Source: Candidatus Iainarchaeum sp. | GTDB taxonomy: Archaea > Iainarchaeota > Iainarchaeia > Iainarchaeales > DTGL01 | Direction of reading: 5' to 3' | Length of the DNA: 5,113 nt | Assembly (NCBI GenBank): GCA_038736825.1 | Contig: JAVYME010000050.1 | Location: 1-5,113, forward strand | In this document: positions 1-5,113 of the stretch, piece by piece | Layout of the letters: every line of letters starts with the position of its first letter | How positions within the stretch are numbered: position 1 is the stretch's first letter | Program-made: the position numbers and the translations under genes | The notes under the pieces: model-generated | Seen by the model: the letters and a program-made list of their open reading frames with translations, nothing else | Database searches by the model: none | Told to the model about the DNA's origin: nothing

Positions 1-62
1 CCAGGACAATAATGCATTGGTGCGTCAGTAAGCGATTCAGGTTTTTTTAAAATGGTTTTCAT
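1..62 (-). CDS. 2-oxoacid:ferredoxin oxidoreductase beta (TPP-binding) subunit; N-terminal 20 codons only, continues past the left window edge
   Basis: Not in the ORF track; found by hand-translating the minus strand. The ATG at 62..60 overlaps the alpha-subunit TGA (61..59) as ATGA. Translation is MKTILKKPESLTDAPMHYCPG..., running to the window edge. An N-terminus ending in HYCPGC is what I recall as typical of OFOR beta subunits (VorA/KorB/PorB type). Position immediately after the alpha subunit matches the usual delta-alpha-beta(-gamma) gene order. Only 20 residues are visible, so the call rests on context plus this short motif. Confidence 0.7.
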   Translation of the reverse strand, partial: MKTILKKPESLTDAPMHYCP

Positions 63-1117
63 TTTGCCACTTCCCGCAGTTTTTCCAGTAATTGTTGTGG
101 TGTTAAAAGCATTCCGCCAAGCCGTCCAATGAAATGCACTGGCTTTTTTCCGCAAACCGCAAGCCTTACATCTTCAACCATTTGCCCTGCATTCAATTCA
201 GTCACAATGAAAGCCTTGACTTTTTTGGAAGCACTCTCTATTTTTTCTGAAGGAAAAGGCCATAAAGTGATTGGCCTTATCAGTCCTGCCTTTATTCCTT
301 TTGCTCTTGCCTCGTTCACAGCGCTTTTTGCAATCCTTGACATTATTCCAAATGCAACAAAAGCGAATTCTGCATCCTCCATTTTATACAATTCACAGCG
401 CTTTTCTTTTTTTTCAATTTCCTTGTATTTTTCCTGCAATTTCAAGTTGACTTGCTCCAAGTCTTTCGGGTTAAGGAATAACGAGTTTATTATGTTTGGT
501 TTTCTTCCTTTTGCGCCCCTTGCAGCCCAAGTTTTTTTTGCCAGATTGTTTTTGGAGGATTTTTTGAATTCCACTGACTCCATCATTTGCCCTAAAAGCC
601 CGTCCCCCAAAACCATCACCGGATTCCTGTACTTGTCAGCCAAATCAAATGCTTCAACTGTAAGGTCAGCCAGTTCTTGCACTGAATTCGGAGCAAGCAC
701 TATCAAGCGGTAATCGCCGTGACCGCCGCCTTTTACTGCTTGAAAATAGTCTGCTTGGGATGGAGCAATGTTTCCCAAGCCAGGGCCTCCGCGCGCCATG
801 TTCACTATCACGCAGGGAAGATTGCATGCTGCAATGTATGAAATGCCTTCTTGTTTTAGGGAAATGCCAGGCCCAGAGGACGAGGTCATGGTTCTTGCTC
901 CAGCAGCTGAAGCCCCTAAAACCATGTTTATTGCGGCTATTTCGCTTTCCGCTTGCATGAAAAAGCACTCTTTTCTTTTTGGCATTTCCCTTGCAAGGTA
1001 TTCGCTTAACTCTGTTTGTGGTGTAATCGGGTAACCAAAATAGTGAGTGCAGCCAGCGCGCAAAGCAGCTTCAGCTACTGCCTCATTTCCTTCCATCAAC
1101 ATTTTCGCCATTTTCAT
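59..1117 (-). CDS. 2-oxoacid:ferredoxin oxidoreductase alpha subunit (VorB/KorA type); substrate not determinable from sequence
   Basis: 352-aa ORF. Family-typical segments are GNEAVAEAALRAGC..YFGYPITPQTE, QAESEIAAINMVLGASAAGARTMTSSSGPGISLKQEGISY, VIVNMARGGPGLGNI.PSQADYFQAVKGGGHGDYRLIVLAP, AFDLADKYRNPVMVLGDGLLGQMME and PNIINSL. From memory this matches the VorB/KorA-type alpha subunit, not PorA. The start is ambiguous: ATGs occur at 1117, 1111, 1102 and 1096 (MKMAKMLM). The ATG at 1117 overlaps the ferredoxin stop (ATGA). The ATG at 1111 sits 6 nt after GAGGA (1122..1118). Confidence 0.93.
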   Translation of the reverse strand: MKMAKMLMEGNEAVAEAALRAGCTHYFGYPITPQTELSEYLAREMPKRKECFFMQAESEIAAINMVLGASAAGARTMTSSSGPGISLKQEGISYIAACNLPCVIVNMARGGPGLGNIAPSQADYFQAVKGGGHGDYRLIVLAPNSVQELADLTVEAFDLADKYRNPVMVLGDGLLGQMMESVEFKKSSKNNLAKKTWAARGAKGRKPNIINSLFLNPKDLEQVNLKLQEKYKEIEKKEKRCELYKMEDAEFAFVAFGIMSRIAKSAVNEARAKGIKAGLIRPITLWPFPSEKIESASKKVKAFIVTELNAGQMVEDVRLAVCGKKPVHFIGRLGGMLLTPQQLLEKLREVAK

Positions 1118-1326
1118 TCCTCAAAAACCTCGATTGCAACCTCAGGGCAAACCAAAAAGCATTGCCTGCAGCCAATGCATTTCGCTTTGTCCGCAAAAGC
1201 TGGGTGAACTCCCTTTGAATTGAATTTTTTTTCATTATAGGTTATTGCTTTGACAGGGCAAAAGTGAATGCATAAACCGCAAGCCTTGCATTTTTCCTCT
1301 AAAACCCTTGCTTTTTGTTCAACCAT
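1114..1326 (-). CDS. 2x[4Fe-4S] dicluster ferredoxin, delta-type subunit of the 2-oxoacid:ferredoxin oxidoreductase
   Basis: Two canonical cluster motifs are present: CKACGLCIHFCP and CIGCRQCFLVCP. The NSKGVHPA linker between them resembles the small ferredoxins encoded upstream of vorB-type genes. The stop TGA (1116..1114) overlaps the alpha-subunit ATG. The track ORF begins at 1368, but that codon is TTG and would overlap the aminotransferase gene by 35 nt. I prefer the ATG at 1326 (70 aa, 12 residues before the first Cys). It lies 7 nt after the aminotransferase stop and 6 nt after a GTGAT Shine-Dalgarno-like (SD-like) motif. The 1368 start is not excluded. Confidence 0.88.
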   Translation of the reverse strand: MVEQKARVLEEKCKACGLCIHFCPVKAITYNEKKFNSKGVHPAFADKAKCIGCRQCFLVCPEVAIEVFEE

Positions 1327-1332
1327 AAAAAA

Positions 1333-1337
1333 ATCAC
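1333..1337 (-). promoter_or_regulatory. SD-like GTGAT preceding the ATG (1326) of the ferredoxin gene; contains the upstream TGA stop
   Basis: The minus strand reads aaaaaGTGATttttttATGgtt. GTGAT matches the distal part of the extended SD consensus (GGTGATC), and spacing to the ATG is 6 nt. This is a weak 5-nt match in an A/T-rich context. Confidence 0.3.
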
Positions 1338-2626
1338 TTTTTTTCAATTTCCTTGCAGGCTTCTCCAAGCCTTTCTATTGCAATATTCAGTTCTTCAGGG
1401 TTTGCCTTGCTGAAATTCAATCTTGCAGAATTGTGGAATTTCTTGTCAGCATTGGGTGGAAAGAAAGCGCTTCCCTTGACTATTGCCACATTCTTTTGTA
1501 TTGCTTTAAGGAAAAGTTCGTCGCCATTTATTTGGTTTAATTGCAGCCACACAAACAGTCCGCCTCTTGGTTTCACCCAAAAACCATAACCTGAAAGATG
1601 GCAATCCATTGCATTCAGCATTGCATTCAAGCGCTCTCTGTAAACAGGAATCACTTTCGCCCAATACTCTTCAAGCCAGCCCCTTTTAATGAATTCTGCG
1701 AGCAAGTATTGGCTTAAAGAGCCAGCGCACAACGTTGAACTTTGAAGCATTAGCCTGAGTTTTGCGACAAGCTCGCTGTTTCCAGCAATATATCCCAGCC
1801 TGAGCCCTGGCGCAGCCATTTTTGAAAAGGTTTGCAGTCTTACAGTGCACCCGATGTCATCATAGTGCACTATGGAATGCATTTTTTCGCCTTCATAGCG
1901 TAAGCAAGCATAGGGTTCATCTTCTATTATTGGGATTCCAAACTCGTTTGAAATGTCAATCAATTCCTTTCTGCGCTTTTCACTCAATTCAGTGCCAGCC
2001 GGATTGTCAAAGGTTGGCACAACATAAATATACTTGCATTTTTCCAGTTTTTCTTTCGGCAAATCCCAAATCAATTCCACTTGCATGCCTTTTTCATCCA
2101 ATGGAACACCGATTATTTCCAGTTTTGGAGAGCGCCCGCTTAAAACATTCAATTCTGCCAAATAAGTTGGAGCGCCAACAATCACTGAAGCATCCTTGCA
2201 AGGATCAATGAACGCCCTTGCCAAAAGATCAAGGCCGTGCTGTGCAGCACTTATAACCAGCAAGTTTTCGCTTTCAATTACGCCAAAATCCTCTTTTTTG
2301 TTAATCCATTCCTTTAATGTTTCAAAAAAATATGGCACGCCCTCGCTTGGCGCATACTGGTAAAGGTCTCCGCCCTCTATTTTTCTGCCCTCGTGGTCAA
2401 CACACCTTCCATTGGTTAAATCTGAAAGTATTTCAAGAAAGCGATTGCACTCAAAAAGCCTGTTATCCGGCAAACCGCCTGCAAGCGAAATTATTTCAGG
2501 CCTGCCTTGCGTAATGCTCAATATTTCCCTTGTGGCTGTTGCTTCAACGCTTGCATCAAATGCCAGCTGCACATGGTTTTTTGCATTTGAAGGGGCAACA
2601 CCATAAGAGAATTTTTTTCTTTCCAA
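1334..2626 (-). CDS. PLP-dependent class-I aminotransferase, LysN/ARO8 (2-aminoadipate/aromatic/kynurenine aminotransferase-like) subfamily
   Basis: Motifs, with the Thermus LysN equivalents from memory in parentheses: TREILSITQGRPEIISLAGGLP (STIRELL..LSFAGGLP), YQYAPSEG, ISAAQHGLDLLARAF, YVVPTFDNPAGTELS (PSFQNPTG), SFSKMAAPGLRLGYIAG (SFSK carries the PLP-binding Lys), PRGGLFVWLQL and SARLNFS. The track ORF starts at 2695, which is TTG. There is no in-frame ATG until residue 204 of that translation, so the start must be non-ATG. The best candidate is the TTG at 2626..2624 (430 aa). It lies 4 nt after the upstream stop and is preceded by AAAGGTGA. It also leaves about 30 residues before the conserved TREIL segment, as in LysN-type proteins. 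Alternatives are GTG 2668 and TTG 2695. Confidence 0.92.
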   Translation of the reverse strand: MERKKFSYGVAPSNAKNHVQLAFDASVEATATREILSITQGRPEIISLAGGLPDNRLFECNRFLEILSDLTNGRCVDHEGRKIEGGDLYQYAPSEGVPYFFETLKEWINKKEDFGVIESENLLVISAAQHGLDLLARAFIDPCKDASVIVGAPTYLAELNVLSGRSPKLEIIGVPLDEKGMQVELIWDLPKEKLEKCKYIYVVPTFDNPAGTELSEKRRKELIDISNEFGIPIIEDEPYACLRYEGEKMHSIVHYDDIGCTVRLQTFSKMAAPGLRLGYIAGNSELVAKLRLMLQSSTLCAGSLSQYLLAEFIKRGWLEEYWAKVIPVYRERLNAMLNAMDCHLSGYGFWVKPRGGLFVWLQLNQINGDELFLKAIQKNVAIVKGSAFFPPNADKKFHNSARLNFSKANPEELNIAIERLGEACKEIEKK

Positions 2627-2630
2627 AAAT

Positions 2631-2635
2631 TCACC
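2631..2635 (-). promoter_or_regulatory. SD-like GGTGA preceding the proposed TTG start of the aminotransferase; contains the upstream TGA stop
   Basis: The minus strand reads gaaaaaGGTGAatttTTGgaa. GGTGA matches the 3' part of the extended SD consensus AAGGAGGTGATC. Spacing to the TTG at 2626 is 4 nt. The TGA inside the motif is the ligase stop codon. Confidence 0.45.
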
Positions 2636-4262
2636 TTTTTCTGAGTTCTGCGCGGCGGATTTTGCCACTAATTGTTTTCGGCAATTCTTCCACAAACTCT
2701 ATTATGCGCGGATACTTGTAGGGAGCTGTCTGTTTTTTTACAAATTCTTGGATTTCTTCAGCGAGTTTTTCTGAAGCCTTATAGCCTGGCGCCAAAATGA
2801 TAAAGGCTTTTACGACTGTGCCGCGCACTGGATCTGGGTGCCCGACAACAGCAGCTTCAGCCACTGCAGGATGCTCTATCAGGACAGATTCCACTTCAAA
2901 GGGCCCAATCCTGTAACCTGAAGCCTTTATTACGTCATCCGCTCTTCCCACAAACCAAAAATAACCGTCTTTGTCTTTATAGGCTTTGTCTCCAGTGAAA
3001 TACCAGCCTTTCCTGAAAACGCTTTCATTTTTTTCTTTGTCCTGCCAGTATTCCCTGAAAAGCCCTGGCGGTCTAACTGGTTCGGTTCTAACTGCAATCA
3101 ATCCTTCTTGTCCTATGGGCATCGGGTTTCCTTCTTCGTCAACAATTTCCACTATGTGCCCTGGAGTGGGCTTGCCCATAGAGCCATGCCTTATTTGCAT
3201 GCAGGGATAGTTTGCAATCAAGCAAACTGTTTCGGTTTGCCCGTAAAAATCGTGAATTGTTGTATTGGTTGCTTGCTTCCAAACCTTTATCACTTCTGGG
3301 TTCAAGGGTTCGCCAGCGCTCATGCAATGCCTTAGTTTTCCAAAATCACAGTTTTTCATGCCTTCCTTTAAAATCATCATTCTGTACACTGTGGGTGGAG
3401 CGCAAAAAGTTGTGACATTAAAGCGCTGGATTATGTTCAAAGCAGTGTCTGCATCAAATTTTCCCTTTTGGTTGAATTGCAATACCGTGCAGCCCACAAT
3501 CCATTGACCGAACAGTTTGCCCCAAGCGGTTTTAGCCCAGCCAGTGTCAGCAATAGTCCAGTGCACGTCCTCTTCCTTTAAGTCTTGCGCAAACCTTGCA
3601 GTCACTTCGTGCCCTAAAGCGTATTTTTGTTCGTGCAATACCATTTTTGGCTGTGCTTCAGTGCCAGAAGTGAAATATATGAGCATTGCGTCAGAGCTTT
3701 TTGTTTTCACTGGCTTTTTTATTTTTGCTGGTGCTTTTTCCATTTCTCCTTCAAAGGAAAGCCAGCCCTCTTTTTTTCCACCCACTAAGAGTTTTTTCTC
3801 AAGCGAAACAGTTTTTTCAAGAATATTGTCTATTTTTGCAGAATTCTCCAAATCTGTTACAGCCATTACTGCTCCAGACTTGTTCAACCTGAACTCCAAG
3901 TCTTTTTCTGTCGACATTGTGGTTGTTGGAATGAATATTACTCCTGCCTTTATTGAGCCCAAAACGCAAAAATACCATTCAGGAATTCTAGGCAGCATTA
4001 AGAGAAGGCGATCGCCTTTTTTTAGTCCAAGCGAGTGCAAAACATTTGCAAACTTGTTTGATTGTTCTTTTAAGTCCTTAAAGGAATGCTTTTTGTGGGA
4101 AACTCCATCGCTGTCCACAGAAATGAGTGCGGTTTTTTCTGGTTTTTTTTCAGCCCACTTGTCTATTGTGTCAAAGCCAAAATTATAGTATTCTGGCACA
4201 TTCCACTTGAATTCCTTATAGGTTTTTTCATAGTTTTCCATGTTTGGTTTCAAGAAAGTCAT
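2631..4262 (-). CDS. AMP-forming acyl-CoA synthetase/ligase, ANL superfamily, ACSM-like (medium-chain/short branched-chain type)
   Basis: 543-aa ORF with a true ATG at 4262..4260, GGAGG 7 nt upstream, and an ATGA overlap with the preceding gene. ANL core motifs: P-loop [13 protein letters not shown] (compare ACSM YFTSGTSGLPKM), [58 protein letters not shown] and [13 protein letters not shown] (catalytic Lys). The N-terminal region ([11 protein letters not shown]...[19 protein letters not shown]) resembles ACSM-family enzymes. Gly precedes QTET where acetate-specific Acs enzymes have Trp, so an acyl substrate larger than acetate is expected. Confidence 0.93.
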   Translation of the reverse strand: MTFLKPNMENYEKTYKEFKWNVPEYYNFGFDTIDKWAEKKPEKTALISVDSDGVSHKKHSFKDLKEQSNKFANVLHSLGLKKGDRLLLMLPRIPEWYFCVLGSIKAGVIFIPTTTMSTEKDLEFRLNKSGAVMAVTDLENSAKIDNILEKTVSLEKKLLVGGKKEGWLSFEGEMEKAPAKIKKPVKTKSSDAMLIYFTSGTEAQPKMVLHEQKYALGHEVTARFAQDLKEEDVHWTIADTGWAKTAWGKLFGQWIVGCTVLQFNQKGKFDADTALNIIQRFNVTTFCAPPTVYRMMILKEGMKNCDFGKLRHCMSAGEPLNPEVIKVWKQATNTTIHDFYGQTETVCLIANYPCMQIRHGSMGKPTPGHIVEIVDEEGNPMPIGQEGLIAVRTEPVRPPGLFREYWQDKEKNESVFRKGWYFTGDKAYKDKDGYFWFVGRADDVIKASGYRIGPFEVESVLIEHPAVAEAAVVGHPDPVRGTVVKAFIILAPGYKASEKLAEEIQEFVKKQTAPYKYPRIIEFVEELPKTISGKIRRAELRKR

Positions 4263-5113
4263 TTTTTTGCCTCCAAGCCAAGCTCTGTTGCAGCCATTTC
4301 CCTCAACTTGAACTTTTGCACTTTTCCGCTTGCAGTCAAAGGAAATCTGTCCACAAACTTTACATATTTTGGCGCCTTATAGCGGGAAAAATTTTCCTTG
4401 CAATAAGCGATTATTTCTTCAGCTGTTGCGCTCACGCCGTCTTTCAAAATAATGTAAGCCATTACCTCTTCGCCAAAAGTCTTGCTTGGAACGCCGACAA
4501 CAGCAACATCCTTCACTTTTGGGTTTGTGTAAAGGAATTCCTCGACTTCCCTTGGATAAACGTTTTCGCCACCCCTTATTATCATGTCATCCACTCTGCC
4601 AAGAATGCGAAAATAGCCTTGCTCGTCAACAGTTGCCAAGTCTTTTGTGTGCAAAAAACCCTGTTTGTCAATCACTTCAGCGGTTTTGTCAGGCATTTTA
4701 TAATAGCCCTTCATGATATTATAGCCTCTAACGCAAAGCTCTCCTGGAGTGTTCGGCGGCAACTCTTTGTTTGTGCCAGGCTCAAAAATTTTCACTTCCT
4801 GGTTTGGATGGGCTCTTCCAACAGTTTCAACTCGCTTTTCCAAGGGATCATTCCTCAAAGTTTGCGTTACCACTGGAGCCGCTTCAGTCAAACCATAACA
4901 AATCGTTATCTCCTTCATATGCATTAATTCAATGCATTTTCGCATTGTATCCACAGGACAGGGAGCGCCAGCCATCACTCCAGTGCGCAAAGAAGACAAA
5001 TCATACTTTTTAAAGTTTGGACTGTTCAATTCCAAAATAAACATTGTTGGAACACCATAAAGCGCAGTGCATTTCTCTCTTTCCACTGTTTCAAGCACTT
5101 CATCTGCATCAAA
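4259..5113 (-). CDS. AMP-forming acyl-CoA ligase, ANL superfamily, ACSF2/YngI/FadD-like; C-terminal ~284 residues, N-terminus lies beyond the right window edge
   Basis: The track ORF starts at 5098, but that codon is an internal GTG. The frame stays open to 5113 ([25 protein letters not shown]...). Motifs: [110 protein letters not shown]. From memory this is nearly collinear with ACSF2-type medium-chain ligases. The stop TGA is at 4261..4259. Confidence 0.9.
   Translation of the reverse strand, partial: FDADEVLETVEREKCTALYGVPTMFILELNSPNFKKYDLSSLRTGVMAGAPCPVDTMRKCIELMHMKEITICYGLTEAAPVVTQTLRNDPLEKRVETVGRAHPNQEVKIFEPGTNKELPPNTPGELCVRGYNIMKGYYKMPDKTAEVIDKQGFLHTKDLATVDEQGYFRILGRVDDMIIRGGENVYPREVEEFLYTNPKVKDVAVVGVPSKTFGEEVMAYIILKDGVSATAEEIIAYCKENFSRYKAPKYVKFVDRFPLTASGKVQKFKLREMAATELGLEAKK
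4270..4274 (-). promoter_or_regulatory. Shine-Dalgarno site (GGAGG) for the ACSM-like ligase, embedded in the 3' end of the upstream ligase gene
   Basis: The minus strand reads ttGGAGGcaaaaaaATGa. A perfect GGAGG core sits 7 nt before the ATG at 4262. Confidence 0.65.

Noticed and set aside
129-713. 194-aa ORF on the plus strand, antisense to the OFOR alpha gene
   Set aside because: It lies entirely inside a minus-strand gene with strong family motifs. Its translation is low-complexity (S/F/L/I/A-rich) with no recognisable motif. In this antisense frame, stops can arise only at particular Tyr/His/Gln codon contexts of the sense gene, so long shadow ORFs are expected.
408-1355. Exact 18-nt repeat tttttttcaatttccttg at 408..425 and 1338..1355, encoding KEIEKK in both the OFOR alpha subunit and the aminotransferase C-terminus
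   Set aside because: It is a single short pair made of A-rich Lys/Glu/Ile codons in a genome with strong AAA/GAA bias. The flanks diverge immediately on both sides, there is no inverted or arrayed arrangement, and the two proteins are unrelated. It is most likely coincidence driven by composition. A genome-wide count of this 18-mer would settle it.
1327-1368. Extended TTG start (1368) of the ferredoxin ORF as given in the track
   Set aside because: The codon at 1368 is TTG, not ATG. It would create a 35-nt overlap with the aminotransferase gene and add a Lys-rich 14-residue extension not expected for this subunit type. ATG 1326 fits the junction pattern better. The longer form is not formally excluded.
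666-3507. Remaining short track ORFs (62-129 aa) on both strands, for example 666..968(-), 760..960(+), 768..1034(+), 1016..1207(+), 1268..1540(+), 1353..1589(+), 1822..2211(+), 2317..2721(+ group), 2986..3507 (group) and 3139..3327(-)
   Set aside because: All are nested out of frame or antisense within the five well-supported genes. None has a recognisable motif or an SD-like signal that I could find. They are most simply explained as chance open frames.
407-4150. A8/T8 homopolymer runs inside coding sequence (407..414, 1225..1232, 4143..4150) as possible slippage or phase-variation sites
   Set aside because: Each run is simply a Glu-Lys-Lys codon string (gaa aaa aaa) in frame within intact ORFs. 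Such runs are expected from Lys-rich proteins in AT-rich DNA. No frameshifted continuation ORF is visible around them.
3517-4188. 223-aa plus-strand ORF antisense to the ACSM-like ligase
   Set aside because: Same reasoning. It is a shadow ORF with F/S/L-rich low-complexity translation, no start context and no motifs, and the sense strand carries all the ANL core motifs.
4244-4927. 227-aa plus-strand ORF antisense to the ACSF2-like ligase, spanning the ligase-ligase junction
   Set aside because: Shadow ORF. The translation has no recognisable domain, and the opposite strand encodes a near-textbook ANL C-terminal half.
5096-5113. Apparent start of the ACSF2-like ORF at 5098, suggesting a short 279-aa protein or a truncated pseudogene
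   Set aside because: The codon at 5098 is an internal GTG (Val). The frame stays open to the window edge (FDADEV...), and the visible part begins mid-domain. The gene is cut by the window, not truncated.
1-5113. Search for defence systems, toxin-antitoxin pairs, mobile elements, CRISPR repeats, tRNA/rRNA genes, riboswitches and terminators
   Set aside because: The window is essentially 100 percent occupied by six metabolic CDSs on one strand, with at most 7 nt between genes. I found no direct or inverted repeat structure, no integrase or transposase-like translation in any frame of the track, and no stem-loop plus T-tract in a non-coding context. Nothing supports such features here.

Overview
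The whole window lies inside one tightly packed minus-strand operon. There are six co-directional CDSs, and the two outer ones are cut by the window edges. In transcription order (right to left) they are: (1) the C-terminal ~285 codons of an ACSF2/YngI/FadD-like AMP-forming acyl-CoA ligase; (2) a complete ACSM-like (medium-chain type) AMP-forming acyl-CoA ligase; (3) a class-I PLP aminotransferase of the LysN/ARO8 type; (4) a small 2x[4Fe-4S] ferredoxin, the delta-type subunit; (5) the alpha subunit of a VorB/KorA-type 2-oxoacid:ferredoxin oxidoreductase (OFOR); (6) the first 20 codons of the TPP-binding beta subunit. Gene junctions are either 4-nt ATGA overlaps or gaps of at most 7 nt, so there is no room for promoters, terminators, riboswitches or sRNAs. 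I see no rRNA or tRNA genes, CRISPR array, mobile element, or defence or toxin gene. The DNA is visibly AT-rich, with Lys/Glu-rich proteins and AAA-heavy codon use. All five visible stop codons are TGA, which argues against genetic codes 4 and 25. The ferredoxin-dependent OFOR implies an anaerobe; whether the host is bacterial or archaeal cannot be decided from this window. Every component belongs to a well-known enzyme family, so any novelty lies in the combination. Two effectively irreversible acid-activating ligases are translationally coupled to a reversible OFOR and an aminotransferase. This fits a carboxylic acid -> acyl-CoA -> 2-oxoacid -> amino acid reductive-carboxylation (salvage) module, but substrate and direction are inferences, not observations. 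The long plus-strand ORFs in the track are antisense shadows of the real genes.
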